Assembly: GCF_988243305.1 (NCBI RefSeq)
Contig: NZ_OZ547136.1
Length of the DNA: 64,000 nt
Direction: 5' to 3' (one strand)
Part shown: piece by piece, positions 46,115 through 60,031 of the stretch
How the letters are laid out: each line of letters opens with the position of its first letter
Numbering within the stretch: the first letter of the stretch is position 1
Translations under genes and position numbers: made by a program
Notes under the pieces: model-generated
What the model saw: only the letters and a program-made list of their open reading frames with translations
Database searches by the model: none
What the model was told of the DNA's origin: nothing

Positions 46115-46974
46115 GATTTCGCTCCCGAACTCCATCGTGTAGTTATTGTAAATACATCCTCAGAACAGACATCCACGCAGCGACCGCACGTCATGCAATC
46201 GCGGCTGGTGACCTGCACCGGGCTTTGTTCATCCAGCACCGGGGCACGTAGCACATGCGGTTCCGGGCAAACATGAAAACAATCCATACAGCGGTTACAT
46301 TTCTGCCGATCGGTGGCCGCAACGGTAATGACACCTTTGCTACCCAGCACGCCATACAGCGCGCCAACCGGACAAATGTGCCCGCACCAGCCGTGTTCAA
46401 CGACCAGTAGATCAAATAAAAACAGCGCGAGAATAAGCAGCGCGCCGCTGCCGAATCCCATTACCAGACTGCGCCCCATCAGGGAAACGGGGTTGATCCA
46501 TTCCCAGATGAGCGTGCCGGTTAAGGCCGATCCCAGCAGAATGACTACCAACAGCACGTAGCGAATGTGGCGTGGGATCGTCGCAGACTGATTGAGGTCA
46601 AAGCGCCTGCGTAACCAGTTCGCTAAGTCGGTAATCGGGTTCAGCGGGCAGACCCAGCTGCAAAATAATCGCTTTCCTGCCAGGGCGTAGAGCACGGTGA
46701 TAATTACCGCACCGGTCAACGCCACCGTGGCAGGCAGATGACCGCTGGCAAGACTTTGCAGCGTCATCAGCGGATCGGTCAGCGGAACGGTGTCGAATAA
46801 CAGGCTACTGCTGTAGTTGCCGTGCAAGATCCACACACCAAACCACGGACCGCTCAAAAACATCCCCAGCACGAAGAACTGACAAAGGCGACGTAACACC
46901 AGCCAACGGTGGCTGCGCCACCAGCCTTTTTTCTCCAGCGCCTCGCGCCCGGCGTCACGTTTACGATTTGCCAT
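46111..46974 (-). CDS. napH: Ferredoxin-type membrane protein NapH
   Basis: 287-aa ORF with TM segments and CxxCxxC ferredoxin motifs. Confidence 0.95.
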
Positions 46975-47656
46975 TGTTCCCCTCCAGCCAGCCGAAGCGG
47001 TAATGGTGACCTAACTCCCCTTTCGCCAGTGACAGCGGTAACACCTTGATTGCCGGTTGTTCCAGCACGCACACTTTTTCGCACTTACCGCAGCCGGTAC
47101 AGGCGTCGCTGTGAACCGTCGGCAGAAAGCGGGCGTGCTTACCGGTACGCGTGTTGCGCTCCAGCTCCAGGGTGATTGCCTCATCAATTTTCGGGCATTC
47201 GCGATAACAAACATCGCAGCGCAGCCCCTGAAAGTTGAGACAGTTTTCCTGGTCCACCAGTACCGCCAGCCCCATCCGCGCGTCGTCGATCGATTCGATC
47301 TCACGATCCAGCGCACCGCTCGGGCACACTTTGGCGCACGGAATGTCCTCACACATTTCGCAAGGAATATCCCGTGCGACAAAATATGGCGTGCCCGCCG
47401 ACAGGCCAGAAGCCAGCGTCGCCAGTTTTAAGGTGTCATAAGGGCAAGCCTGAACACACTGACCGCAACGCACACAGGCACTGGCAAAGGCGTTCTCGTT
47501 TATGGCTCCGGGCGGGCGCAACCGCACGCCAGATGCGCGTGCGGTTTGCTGTTGTAACCCCAGCGCCACACCCACGGCAGCCAGCCCGCCAGCTGTGCGA
47601 ACGACATCGCGCAGAAAGCGGCGGCGACCATTTTGAGGTTTCGCTGACCGGGACAT
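46961..47656 (-). CDS. napG: Ferredoxin-type protein NapG
   Basis: 231-aa ORF with twin-arginine signal (RRRFLR) and four 4Fe-4S motifs. Confidence 0.95.
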
Positions 47657-47662
47657 AATGGC

Positions 47663-50149
47663 TTACACCTTCTCCAGTTTGACCGCGCACTTCTTGAAGT
47701 CCGTCTCTTTCGAGAGCGGATCGGTCGCATCCAGCGTCAGTTTGTTAACCAGCTGTGCGGCGTCGAAGAACGGCATGTACACCAGGCCCTGCGGCGGACG
47801 GTTACGACCGCGCGTTTCGACAATCGAGATCACTTCGCCACGGCGAGAAACCACTTTCACTTTGTCGCCACGGCGCAGATCGCGCGCTTTCGCATCCAGC
47901 GGGTGAATAAACAGGACCGCTTCCGGGAAGGCGCGGTGCAGTTCCGGCACACGGCGAGTCATACTGCCGGTGTGCCAGTGCTCCAGGACGCGTCCGGTAG
48001 AGAGCCACAGGTCGTACTCTTCATCCGGTGCCTCCGCCGCCGGTTCGAACGGCAGCGCGAAGATCACCGCTTTGCCATCCGGTTTACCGTAGAACTTGTA
48101 GCCTTCGCCCGCTTTCACGTACGGGTCGTTACCTTCGCTGTAACGCCACTGCGTTTCTTTACCGTTCACCACCGGCCAGCGCAGACCGCGCGCTTTGTGG
48201 TAGTCATCGAACGGTGCCAGATCGTGACCGTGACCGCGACCAAACCATGCGTACTCTTCGAACAGCCCTTTTTGCAGATAGAAGCCCAGCTCGCGGGATT
48301 CATCGTTCAGCTGATCTTCCGCCAGTTCGGATACCGGGAATTTGCTCACTTCCGGGGTGGCATACAGAACTTCGTACAGCGTTTTGCCACGCAGTTCCGG
48401 TTTCTTCGCCAGCAGATCTTCCGGCCATACTTCTTCAGTTTTGAAGCGGCGGGAGAACTGGACTAACTGCCAGAGATCCGATTTCGCTTCGCCCGGTGCC
48501 TGTACCTGCTGACGCCAGAACTGAGTACGGCGTTCGGCGTTACCGTAAGCACCCTCTTTTTCTACCCACATTGCGGTCGGCAGGATCAAGTCGGCGGCCA
48601 GCGCACTGACTGTCGGATACGGATCGGAGACGATGATGAAGTTGCGCGGATCGCGCCAGCCCGGCATACGCTCTTCATTGATGTTCGGCCCGGCCTGCAT
48701 GTTGTTGGTACACATGGTCCAGTAAACATTCAGCTTGCCGTCTTTCAGCGCACGGTCTTGTGCTACCGCATGCAGACCGATTTTCGCCGGAATGGTGCCG
48801 CTCGGGATATTCCACTTCTTCTCGCAGATATCACGATGTTTCTCGTTAGTTACCACCATGTCCGCAGGCAGACGGTGAGCAAAGGTGCCCACTTCACGCG
48901 CAGTACCACACGCGGAAGGCTGCCCGGTCAGGGAGAACGGACCGCAACCCGGCTTGGAAATTTTGCCGGTCAGCAGGTGCAGGTTGTAGACCAGGTTGTT
49001 GGCCCATACACCACGGGTATGCTGGTTGAAGCCCATCGTCCAGTAGGAGATGACTTTCTTGTTCGGATCGGCATACAGCTGCGCCAGTTGTTCTAACTGG
49101 TCTTTCGGCACGCCGGTCATTTCGGCAGTTTTTTCCAGCGTATACTCAGCAACGAAGGCTTTGTAATCTTCAAAGCTCATCGGTTCGGAGGCGTCAGAAC
49201 CCGGATTCTTCGCTGCTTTTTCCAGCGGATGGGTCGGACGTAAACCGTAGCCGATGTCCGTCGCCCCTTTGCGCAGGTTAACGTGCTTGCTGAAGAAGTC
49301 CTGATTTATCGCATTGTTTTGAATGATATAGTTGGCGATGTAGTTCAGGATCACCAGGTCAGATTGCGGCGTAAAGATGATGCCGTTATCCGCCAGCTCG
49401 AAGCTACGATGCTGGTAGGTAGAAAGCACCGCCACGGTGACGTTCTGGTTAGAGAGACGACGGTTAGTGATGCGCGACCAGAGGATCGGGTGCATCTCCG
49501 CCATGTTTGCGCCCCACAGCACAAACGCGTCAGCCTGCTCGATGTCGTCATAGCAGCCCATCGGCTCATCCATACCAAAGGTACGCATAAAGCCAACTAC
49601 CGCCGACGCCATACAGTGACGCGCGTTCGGGTCGATGTTGTTCGAACGGAATCCCGCTTTAAACAGCTTGGACGCGGCATAACCTTCCCAGATAGTCCAC
49701 TGACCAGAACCGAACATACCGATCGATTCCGGCCCTTTTTCTTTCAGGGCGGTTTTGAATTTCTCTTCCATCACATCGAAGGCTTGATCCCAGGTGATTG
49801 GGGTAAATTCGCCTTCTTTGTCATATTTACCGTTTTTCATACGCAGAAGCGGCTGCGTCAAACGGTCTTTACCGTACATGATTTTGGGCAGGAAATAGCC
49901 CTTAATGCAGTTCAGACCACGGTTAACCGGTGCGTCCGGGTCGCCCTGACAGGCCACCACACGCCCCTGCTGCGTTCCGACCAGAACGCCGCAACCCGTA
50001 CCGCAGAAACGGCACGGCGCTTTATCCCATTTAATGGCTTCCTGCTGACCAACAACGGCGCGGGCAACGCCCGGCACGCTGAGACCGGCAGCCGCCGCAG
50101 CGGCCGCAACGGCGTTAGCTTTCATAAAGCTACGACGACTGAGTTTCAT
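47663..50149 (-). CDS. napA: Periplasmic nitrate reductase catalytic subunit NapA (molybdoenzyme)
   Basis: 828-aa ORF with Tat signal (SRRSFMK) and N-terminal CxxCxxxC Fe-S motif. Confidence 0.95.
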   Translation of the reverse strand: MKLSRRSFMKANAVAAAAAAAGLSVPGVARAVVGQQEAIKWDKAPCRFCGTGCGVLVGTQQGRVVACQGDPDAPVNRGLNCIKGYFLPKIMYGKDRLTQPLLRMKNGKYDKEGEFTPITWDQAFDVMEEKFKTALKEKGPESIGMFGSGQWTIWEGYAASKLFKAGFRSNNIDPNARHCMASAVVGFMRTFGMDEPMGCYDDIEQADAFVLWGANMAEMHPILWSRITNRRLSNQNVTVAVLSTYQHRSFELADNGIIFTPQSDLVILNYIANYIIQNNAINQDFFSKHVNLRKGATDIGYGLRPTHPLEKAAKNPGSDASEPMSFEDYKAFVAEYTLEKTAEMTGVPKDQLEQLAQLYADPNKKVISYWTMGFNQHTRGVWANNLVYNLHLLTGKISKPGCGPFSLTGQPSACGTAREVGTFAHRLPADMVVTNEKHRDICEKKWNIPSGTIPAKIGLHAVAQDRALKDGKLNVYWTMCTNNMQAGPNINEERMPGWRDPRNFIIVSDPYPTVSALAADLILPTAMWVEKEGAYGNAERRTQFWRQQVQAPGEAKSDLWQLVQFSRRFKTEEVWPEDLLAKKPELRGKTLYEVLYATPEVSKFPVSELAEDQLNDESRELGFYLQKGLFEEYAWFGRGHGHDLAPFDDYHKARGLRWPVVNGKETQWRYSEGNDPYVKAGEGYKFYGKPDGKAVIFALPFEPAAEAPDEEYDLWLSTGRVLEHWHTGSMTRRVPELHRAFPEAVLFIHPLDAKARDLRRGDKVKVVSRRGEVISIVETRGRNRPPQGLVYMPFFDAAQLVNKLTLDATDPLSKETDFKKCAVKLEKV

Positions 50150-50409
50150 GGTGTTTCCTCACCTTGCTCTTCCTGCTGGTGATAAACCAGCGACACCGCC
50201 AGCACGCCCTCTACGTTGCGTACTGACTCAATGGTTTGAATCAGCGTTTCGCTGTCTTCTGCTTCCACCACCACAATCAACTGACCGCTCGGCGCGTCGC
50301 TGACAGCAACTTCACAGCCGGGAAAGGCGTTCAGTTGGGTGCTGATGTCTGAAATTCGTTCGCTTTTGGCCTGCACGACCAGGCTGCAAACTTGCCAGTT
50401 AGTGTGCAT
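50146..50409 (-). CDS. napD: NapA chaperone NapD
   Basis: 87-aa ORF overlapping napA start by 4 nt. Confidence 0.9.
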   Translation of the reverse strand: MHTNWQVCSLVVQAKSERISDISTQLNAFPGCEVAVSDAPSGQLIVVVEAEDSETLIQTIESVRNVEGVLAVSLVYHQQEEQGEETP

Positions 50410-50893
50410 GGAGATACTCCGCAGTTATGGCTGATACCGGACAGCTGGCTGCACATGCTCCACATCCGTTGCAAAGTTGGCTATTAAGTTGCGGCTGGTA
50501 GATCCCGGAGAGCGTCGGGCGAAAGATAATTGCCATTGGCTCACAGCTATCCTGACAGCGGCGGCATTCAACTGACTGATACGCCAGGCACGCCTCCCCG
50601 ATGGTGAACAGCAAATCCCAGGCCCTGGTGTGGCGCGGAGAAAATAGCGATTCGGGGCAAGCCTGCGCGCAGGCGTAACAGAAGCTGCACTCGTTATTTT
50701 TGAAATTAACGCTCGGATAGCCACCCGCGCCGCGTTGCAGAATGTTGTTTTCACAAGCATTAATACAGGCGTCGCAGCGAGTGCAATGGGTCAGAAAATG
50801 AGATTCATCACCGGACCAGGGCGGACGGATACCGTTACTGGCTTTGCGCCAGCGACCAGTGAGTATGCCCCGACGGGATGCATCAATCTTCAC
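50399..50893 (-). CDS. napF: Ferredoxin-type protein NapF
   Basis: 164-aa ORF with multiple CxxCxxC motifs; start codon is GTG by sequence. Confidence 0.9.
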   Translation of the reverse strand: MKIDASRRGILTGRWRKASNGIRPPWSGDESHFLTHCTRCDACINACENNILQRGAGGYPSVNFKNNECSFCYACAQACPESLFSPRHTRAWDLLFTIGEACLAYQSVECRRCQDSCEPMAIIFRPTLSGIYQPQLNSQLCNGCGACAASCPVSAITAEYLHAH

Positions 50894-51006
50894 ATTGACC
50901 TTCCATCATTAACGCGCTCTGAAAATTGAGAGCGACCAAATAAACCGCATAATTAATAAGCCATTTTTATAGCCGCTAAGATATTAAAGGATGTGTCAAA
51001 GATGCA

Positions 51007-51022
51007 TACCCCGATCGGGGTA
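51007..51022 (-). promoter_or_regulatory. NarP/NarL 7-2-7 heptamer pair in napF promoter
   Basis: TACCCCG-AT-CGGGGTA, a perfect 16-bp palindrome matching TACYYMT-nn-AKRRGTA. Confidence 0.7.
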
Positions 51023-51027
51023 AAACC

Positions 51028-51041
51028 TGTAGCAGGATCAA
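51028..51041 (-). promoter_or_regulatory. Candidate FNR site in napF promoter
   Basis: Minus-strand TTGATCCTGCTACA (one good TTGAT half-site), centred 20 bp upstream of the NarP site, consistent with the recalled -64.5/-44.5 architecture. Confidence 0.5.
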
Positions 51042-51300
51042 AAGAGTGGCGGGAAGCGTGGCAAAAACGGGCTTTTGCTCACATTTCAAATGGTTATAAA
51101 CATATTTATATAGCGATTAATTCACCAGAGATATTTATGTCGGTTTGTTCTCTCACCAGAATTTAACACTAAAAGAGCAGGTAAAATTGTCTGAATGTTC
51201 TTTAAGTTATTCATAAAGCAAATTAATAAATCTGATGAATATGTTAACCTTCAGCGACATCATCGGTGAAAACCTATAAATGAAGAAGGAAAGCAAAAAA

Positions 51301-51789
51301 ATGAAGACCATTCTACCTGCAGTATTGTTTGCCGCTTTCGCCACCACTTCCGCCTGGGCGGCAGAAAGCGTCCAGCCACTGGAAAAAATCGCGCCTTATC
51401 CACAAGCTGAAAAAGGCATGAAGCGTCAGGTGATTCAGTTAACCCCGCAAGAAGATGAATCTACCCTGAAAGTAGAACTGTTAATCGGCCAGACGCTGGA
51501 AGTCGATTGCAATTTGCATCGTCTCGGCGGGAAGCTGGAAAGCAAAACGCTGGAAGGCTGGGGCTATGATTATTACGTCTTTGATAAAGTTAGCTCGCCG
51601 GTTTCCACGATGATGGCCTGCCCGGATGGCAAGAAAGAGAAGAAATTTGTCACCGCGTATCTGGGCGATGCCGGAATGCTGCGTTATAACAGCAAGCTGC
51701 CGATCGTGGTGTATACGCCAGACAATGTGGATGTGAAGTACCGCATCTGGAAGGCGGAAGAGAAAATTGACAACGCGGTAGTCCGCTAA
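51301..51789 (+). CDS. eco: Ecotin (periplasmic serine protease inhibitor)
   Basis: ORF track starts at 51280; ATG at 51301 ([20 protein letters not shown]...) gives 162 aa with signal peptide. Confidence 0.95.
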   Translation: MKTILPAVLFAAFATTSAWAAESVQPLEKIAPYPQAEKGMKRQVIQLTPQEDESTLKVELLIGQTLEVDCNLHRLGGKLESKTLEGWGYDYYVFDKVSSPVSTMMACPDGKKEKKFVTAYLGDAGMLRYNSKLPIVVYTPDNVDVKYRIWKAEEKIDNAVVR

Positions 51790-51805
51790 ACTGCCGTGAA
51801 GTGCT

Positions 51806-51938
51806 CCACCCCGTAGGTCGGATAAGGCGGTCACGCCGCATCCGACATCCAACGCCCGAGCCGGTTGCCTGATGCGACGCTGACGCGTCTTATCTGCATA
51901 CGCCACATCCGGCATACCATGCCGGATGTGGCACATCA
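51806..51938. repeat. REP element cluster (BIME-like)
   Basis: Several GCCGGATG / CATCCGGC-type palindromic units between eco and mqo. Confidence 0.6.
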
Positions 51939-53597
<1,659 letters not shown>

Positions 53598-53802
53598 TTA
53601 CTTTTAGTCGCTTTATTGCAGGTGAGATTTGCGCGGCATCAACGGTAACACTTAAGTAACAACATTTAAATAATGTTTATAAATTATATTCTAATTTTAG
53701 AAACATTATAATTTCGTTGATTAATTATAGGGTTATTAGAAATGAAGGGATTTTTAGCATATTGACCTGGCGGCAGCAGTCCGCCAGGTCAGCGTCGTAA
53801 TA

Positions 53803-55446
53803 TTATGCCGTCCGGGCAACGGCATCACGCGAAGCAGCATCGCGCTCTTCGCCTGTCAGCTCGCTAAGTAGCCCGTTGCGCATTTCCAGCAGGCGGTCAG
53901 CGTGGATAAAGTAATGATCATCATGACTGATGGCGAAAATCGTTTTACCCATCTCCTGCATCAGCGGCAGCAGCACCTGATAAAACTCACGACGGAAGTG
54001 TGGGTCCTGATCCGCCGCCCATTCATCCAGCAGGATAATATCGCGTTCTTCTGCCAGCGCCAGCAACAGCGCCACGCGTTTTTTCTGCCCTTTTGATAAC
54101 TTCAGGTTAACAATACGCCCGTTGCTTAACTCAAGCTTATGAGCCATTTTCAGTTGCGCCAGCCACTTCTTAATCAGTTGCGGGTTAGCGGGTTGACCCT
54201 CCGGCCCCAGCAGTTGATCGAACAGCCAGACATCGGTAAACACTGCCGAAAACAGTTTGCGATAATCTTCCGGTTGTTCGCCGCTGACAGGTTTGCCATC
54301 CAGCAAGATTTCGCCGCTTTGTGGCTGATACAAGCCCGTCAGCAACATCGCCAGCGTCGATTTTCCACTACCGTTACCACCAATCAGAAACAGCAGTTCG
54401 CCACGTTTGATGGTGAGGTTAATCGGCCCAACGGAAAACGCGTTATCCTGATAAGCAAACGTCACGTTACGCAGCTCCAGCGTTTGCCAGTTGGGAAACG
54501 CCTGCGGGCGCGGAAACTCTGCTTTGAAAGGCGCGAGCGCGAATTTGTTCAGCTTGTTAAACGCCACCTGCGCCGTCAGCAGCGTCGGTAATGCGCCAAC
54601 CGCCGAAAGCAGCGGCGTACGCAGGAATAACAGCGTCAACGAATAGGTCGCGGCAACGTTGGTATCAGCCCAACCGAGACTGTTCGCCATCCAGAACACC
54701 AGGCCGATTGCGCCCAGCATCATGATGTTTGACCAGTTCACGGCACTAAGATGGAAGGTGTCTGCGCGGATAATATGATGGCGATACTCTTGCGCATCAG
54801 GAATGTAGAGGTTGTTAAACACATACTCGGCGCGTTCCCGGTTCAGAGTCAGCTCTTTGCGCCCTTCGAGTACGGTTTGAAAATCCGTGTACAGCTTGTC
54901 TTCGGTTTCACGCAGGGTCGCCATATGTTTGTACACCCGCGCCACCAGCACAAAACCGCCCCAGATGGTGACTGCCATCCAGATAGCCGTTACCAGCAAC
55001 ATTTTGCCCGACAGCATCCACAAGTACGCCGCGGAACCGATAGTGAGGATGATCCCCTGCACCAGTTCCGGCAGACGCACAAAAGCAATGGTGATATTGC
55101 GCACATCGCTGGTTAACCCCGCCAACAACGAGGCGCTACCAAGTTGTTCAATGCGCTCAACATGGGTATCCAGAATCCGCTTGATAAATTCGCTACGCAG
55201 TCGGTAAACGAAGTGATGTCCTAAAGTGGTGAGCGCCAGTTGCGATCCGAGAGTGACTGCCATCAACAGCAGCAATAATCCCAGAAACTCCGGCAACACC
55301 AGCAGACTGGTATCCGCCGTTTCGATAAGGCGCTGATTGATAAAAGCAATTAAGCCAATGCCTAAAGCCGCACTGGCGAGGCTTAGCGCCATCACACTGA
55401 TAAATGGCCAGCGATACTGCCGCCAGACAAGTACAAGAAGTTCCAT
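53803..55446 (-). CDS. yojI: ABC exporter, fused permease/ATPase (microcin J25 efflux)
   Basis: 547-aa ORF with N-terminal TM domain and C-terminal ABC ATPase (GGNGSGKST). Confidence 0.9.
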   Translation of the reverse strand: MELLVLVWRQYRWPFISVMALSLASAALGIGLIAFINQRLIETADTSLLVLPEFLGLLLLLMAVTLGSQLALTTLGHHFVYRLRSEFIKRILDTHVERIEQLGSASLLAGLTSDVRNITIAFVRLPELVQGIILTIGSAAYLWMLSGKMLLVTAIWMAVTIWGGFVLVARVYKHMATLRETEDKLYTDFQTVLEGRKELTLNRERAEYVFNNLYIPDAQEYRHHIIRADTFHLSAVNWSNIMMLGAIGLVFWMANSLGWADTNVAATYSLTLLFLRTPLLSAVGALPTLLTAQVAFNKLNKFALAPFKAEFPRPQAFPNWQTLELRNVTFAYQDNAFSVGPINLTIKRGELLFLIGGNGSGKSTLAMLLTGLYQPQSGEILLDGKPVSGEQPEDYRKLFSAVFTDVWLFDQLLGPEGQPANPQLIKKWLAQLKMAHKLELSNGRIVNLKLSKGQKKRVALLLALAEERDIILLDEWAADQDPHFRREFYQVLLPLMQEMGKTIFAISHDDHYFIHADRLLEMRNGLLSELTGEERDAASRDAVARTA

Positions 55447-55521
55447 GCAGAAAACCCGGACAATGAATTACAGCCCGCAGTTTAAACATCTTCGCGCGCA
55501 CAGCAATAATAATTCTTATTT

Positions 55522-56172
55522 TTATTCTTTTTTACCTGCCTGACGGAATGTCAGGTTGTAGCGGCAGTCGGTGGTGAGTGGATGAAACCCCGCTTTCAAC
55601 GGTTGAATACCGTGATAAAACAGCCGCGATTCACCGCCCCATACCACCACATCGCCATGTTCCAACAACAAACGTTTTAGCGGATCATTTCGTTTCAGGC
55701 CGCCAAATTGAAAAATCGCGGGTAAGCCCAGAGAAACAGAAACAATCGGCGCGCGCAGATCCGGTTCGTCTTTATCCTGATGCAGCGACAGTTTCGCGCC
55801 AGGAGCGTAGCGGTTGATAAGACAAGCATCTGGCTGGAAATCTGGATAGCCCGCCGCCGTAGCCGCACGTTGACATAAATCATGAAAGCTTTGTGGCATG
55901 GCGGGCCACGGTTTATTTGTTTGCGGATCAATGGGCGAATAGAGATAACCTTGCCGATGGGTCGTCCAGCCCAGATGCCCACAGTTGGTCATCGCCACCG
56001 ACATAGTATATCCCCCGGGGGTGACCATCTGGCGAAACGGCGACTGGCTGGCAACGTCATTAATATCGCGGATCAGTTGCTCCGCAGCATTAAAAGCAAA
56101 ACGCCGTAAAATTACCGCACCAGCCGCCAGTGGCTCTTGCCACGGTTCAGCATCGGCAAACAGATCCAACAT
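55522..56172 (-). CDS. alkB: Fe(II)/2-oxoglutarate-dependent DNA/RNA demethylase AlkB
   Basis: 216-aa ORF; overlaps ada stop by 1 nt. Confidence 0.95.
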   Translation of the reverse strand: MLDLFADAEPWQEPLAAGAVILRRFAFNAAEQLIRDINDVASQSPFRQMVTPGGYTMSVAMTNCGHLGWTTHRQGYLYSPIDPQTNKPWPAMPQSFHDLCQRAATAAGYPDFQPDACLINRYAPGAKLSLHQDKDEPDLRAPIVSVSLGLPAIFQFGGLKRNDPLKRLLLEHGDVVVWGGESRLFYHGIQPLKAGFHPLTTDCRYNLTFRQAGKKE

Positions 56173-57236
56173 TACCTCTCCTCATTCTCAGCTTCGCGGC
56201 GCAGCAGTTGCGCTTTACGCGACACGCCCCAGCGGTAACCGGAAAGTGTGCCATCACCACGGACCACCCGATGACAGGGTATTATGATAGCCAGCTTGTT
56301 GGCGGCACAGGCGCTGGCAACGGCCCGTACCGCTTTCGGTTTGCCGATGGCGTTAGCCAGTTGCTGATAACTGACGGTTTCACCGCAAGGTATCGTGCGC
56401 AGTGCCTGCCAGACTTGTTGCTGAAAAGCAGTGCCGCGAATGTCCAGCGGTAACGTCAGCGGCGTATCGCGTTGATTGAGGCTGGCGATCACTTCACGCA
56501 CATGTTGTTGAAACGTCAAATCGGCAGGCGCGTTGTCGGCAGCGGGAAACATCTGCTGCAACTCGCTGATTAATGTCGCGTCATCATCGCCCAGCAATAT
56601 CGCGCAAATCCCCCGCTCGCTTTCTGCCACCAGGCAACGGCCCAGCTCACAATCAGCCAGCGCGTAACGCACCGCCAGATTTTCGCCACCGTGACGGAAT
56701 TGTTTAGCCGTCATGCCCAGCGTTTCGTCAGCTTTGCGGTAGTAACTGTTGCTGTCGGGGAATCCGGCGTTAAGAATAGACGTCGTCACGCTCTCCCCTT
56801 TCGCCAGCGATTCACGCAAACGGCGAGCGCGCCAGGCCTGTTGCCAGGCTTTAGGCGTCATTCCGGTAGTCGCTTTAAACAACCGATGCAGTTGGAACGG
56901 GCTCATCGCCACCTGGTCGGCTAAGGTTTCCAGCGTTACAGGCGTTTCCTGTTCCAGCAGTCGACACGCGTGGGTGATTTTATCCAACCGATGTTGCTGG
57001 GCATTGGCTTTATCGGGTTGGCAGCGTTTGCAGGGGCGAAATCCGGCGGTGAGTGCCTCACTGGCATTTGCGTAGAAGGAGACGTTTTCCCGCAAAGCAT
57101 GTCTGGCGCGGCAAGACGGACGGCAAAAGATGCCTGTGGTGCGCACGGCGAAAACGAATTCGCCGTCGGCATTCGGGTCGCGGGCTAAGACAGATTGCCA
57201 GCGTTGATCGTCAGTTAAGCATGTGGCGTTTTTCAT
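56172..57236 (-). CDS. ada: Bifunctional Ada regulator / O6-methylguanine-DNA methyltransferase
   Basis: 354-aa ORF with N-terminal Cys4 zinc domain, AraC-type HTH and C-terminal PCHRV active site. Confidence 0.95.
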   Translation of the reverse strand: MKNATCLTDDQRWQSVLARDPNADGEFVFAVRTTGIFCRPSCRARHALRENVSFYANASEALTAGFRPCKRCQPDKANAQQHRLDKITHACRLLEQETPVTLETLADQVAMSPFQLHRLFKATTGMTPKAWQQAWRARRLRESLAKGESVTTSILNAGFPDSNSYYRKADETLGMTAKQFRHGGENLAVRYALADCELGRCLVAESERGICAILLGDDDATLISELQQMFPAADNAPADLTFQQHVREVIASLNQRDTPLTLPLDIRGTAFQQQVWQALRTIPCGETVSYQQLANAIGKPKAVRAVASACAANKLAIIIPCHRVVRGDGTLSGYRWGVSRKAQLLRREAENEER

Positions 57237-57303
57237 AATCAGCTCCCTGGTTAAGGATAGCCTTTAGTCTGCCCGGTCACCATCGCGCAAAAACCAACAA
57301 TCT

Positions 57304-57311
57304 TGCGCTTT
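57304..57311 (-). promoter_or_regulatory. Candidate Ada box (AAAGCGCA) in ada promoter
   Basis: Minus-strand AAAGCGCA about 70 nt upstream of the ada ATG, overlapping the apbE stop codon. Confidence 0.45.
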
Positions 57312-58365
57312 AATTTTTTTCGCTGATAAGGAAGCTTTTAAACTGTGGCGACATCCAGGTTTTAAAACTATCGTCTTCTTTGGTGATCATATAAACCGCC
57401 AGCCCTTCCCGACGAACAACCTCTTTGGCTTTCTCCGGCCCCAGTACCATCAAGCCAGTATCCCAGGCATCGGCTTCCAGCGCCGTCGGAGCAATCACCG
57501 TCACGGATACCAGATTGTGTTCGATGGGACGCCCGGTTTGCGGATCGATAACATGAGAAAGACGTTTGCCGTCCAGTTCGTAATAGTTACGGTAGCTGCC
57601 AGAGGTACTAATCCCATGACCGTTGATATCCACCACGGCCTGAACCGCGTTTTCTTTATCGGTTGGTTTTTGAATCGCTACCCGCCACGGCTGGCCTGCA
57701 CCGTTCATACCACGGCTGTTCAGCGCGCCGCCCACCGACACCAGATAGCGGGAAATCCCTTCCTGCTCCATCAAGCGTGCCAGGTGATCCGCCGCATAAC
57801 CTTCACCGACGGTAGAGAGATCGACATATAAATCCGGCAGGTCTTTTTGCAGATATTGCTGGTGGGACTGATTAATCACCGTCAGGTGCTGTAAGCCGGT
57901 TTTGGCTTTCATCGCATCGATCTGTTCCTGGCTCGGAATTTGAACCGGCTGTTGTTCCGGGCCAAAGCCCCACAGATTCACCAGCGGCCCGACGGTTATA
58001 TCCATCGCACCATCGGTCTTCGCGCCAATGCGTAGCGAGGTGGTGACGATATCGGCCATCGCTTCACTTACTGGCCACGGCGACAAACTTTGCGAGTCGT
58101 TAAAGCGCATCAGCGCGGAATCTTTTTTATAGGTCGAAAGCAGCTGATCGTCGGCGTCCAGCTGGGTCTGAATCTTTTCTTTAAGTTCGGCACTGCGTTT
58201 GGCGTCAATGCCCGGGATGCTGGCACGCCAGAAGGTACCCATGGTTTTGCCTTCAAGAACGGTAACTTCAGTAGCGTGGGTTTTGGCGGGTTGTGGTTTT
58301 TGATCGCAACCAACAAAGAAGAGCGCGGCAGCCAGCAGTGCCACGCGGGTAAAGCTTATTTCCAT
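57310..58365 (-). CDS. apbE: FAD:protein FMN transferase (lipoprotein)
   Basis: 351-aa ORF with lipoprotein signal (LFFVGC). Confidence 0.9.
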   Translation of the reverse strand: MEISFTRVALLAAALFFVGCDQKPQPAKTHATEVTVLEGKTMGTFWRASIPGIDAKRSAELKEKIQTQLDADDQLLSTYKKDSALMRFNDSQSLSPWPVSEAMADIVTTSLRIGAKTDGAMDITVGPLVNLWGFGPEQQPVQIPSQEQIDAMKAKTGLQHLTVINQSHQQYLQKDLPDLYVDLSTVGEGYAADHLARLMEQEGISRYLVSVGGALNSRGMNGAGQPWRVAIQKPTDKENAVQAVVDINGHGISTSGSYRNYYELDGKRLSHVIDPQTGRPIEHNLVSVTVIAPTALEADAWDTGLMVLGPEKAKEVVRREGLAVYMITKEDDSFKTWMSPQFKSFLISEKN

Positions 58366-58476
58366 ACGTGATTATCCTCATGCGAACGGTCGCAAGAGTA
58401 CACCAAAAAACTGAGTTTGTACGCTGAAAACAATGAAAAAAGGGCCCGCAGGCCCTTTGTTCGATATCAATCGAGA

Positions 58477-59619
<1,143 letters not shown>

Positions 59620-59687
59620 TTATATGCCTTTATTTGCTTTTTTATGCCACTGCATACTGATTAACCCTCATTAATCAGTCGGCAAGT

Positions 59688-59790
59688 CCATTCTCCCCAA
59701 AAATGCAGAATAATCCAACACGAATATGATACTAAAACTTTTAAGATGTTTCATTTATCGCTATAGATGTTTCAAAATGTAAATGCAAGG
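59688..59790 (-). promoter_or_regulatory. ompC promoter with OmpR-binding boxes
   Basis: Minus strand: -35 TTGGAT, 17-nt spacer, -10 GAGAAT; upstream repeated TGAAACAT motifs (TTTACATTTTGAAACATCTA). Confidence 0.55.
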
Positions 59791-59938
59791 GAACTTTTTA
59801 AGATTATTGTGGAATGGCGAAATAAGCACCTAACATCAAGCAATAATAATTCAAGGTTAAAATCAATAACTTATTCTTAAGTATTTGACAGCACTGAATG
59901 TCAAAACAAAACCTTCACTCGCAACTAGAATAACTCCC

Positions 59939-60031
59939 GCTATCATCATTAACTTTATTTATTACCGTCATTCATTTCTGAATGTCTGTTTACCCCTATT
60001 TCAACCGGATGCCTCGCATCCGGTTTTTTTT
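59939..60031 (+). ncRNA. micF: MicF small regulatory RNA (antisense regulator of ompF)
   Basis: GCTATCATCATTAACTTTATTTATTACCGTCATTCATTTCTGAATGTCTGTTTACCCCTATTTCAACCGGATGCCTCGCATCCGGTTTTTTTT, divergent from ompC, ending in its own terminator hairpin and T run. Confidence 0.9.

Noticed and set aside
45092-46276. 197-aa and 180-aa plus-strand ORFs over napC/napB/napH
   Set aside because: Antisense to the tightly packed nap genes; spurious frames.
49283-50182. 299-aa ORF on the plus strand inside napA
   Set aside because: Fully antisense to the well-supported napA gene; Arg/His-rich low-complexity translation typical of spurious antisense frames.
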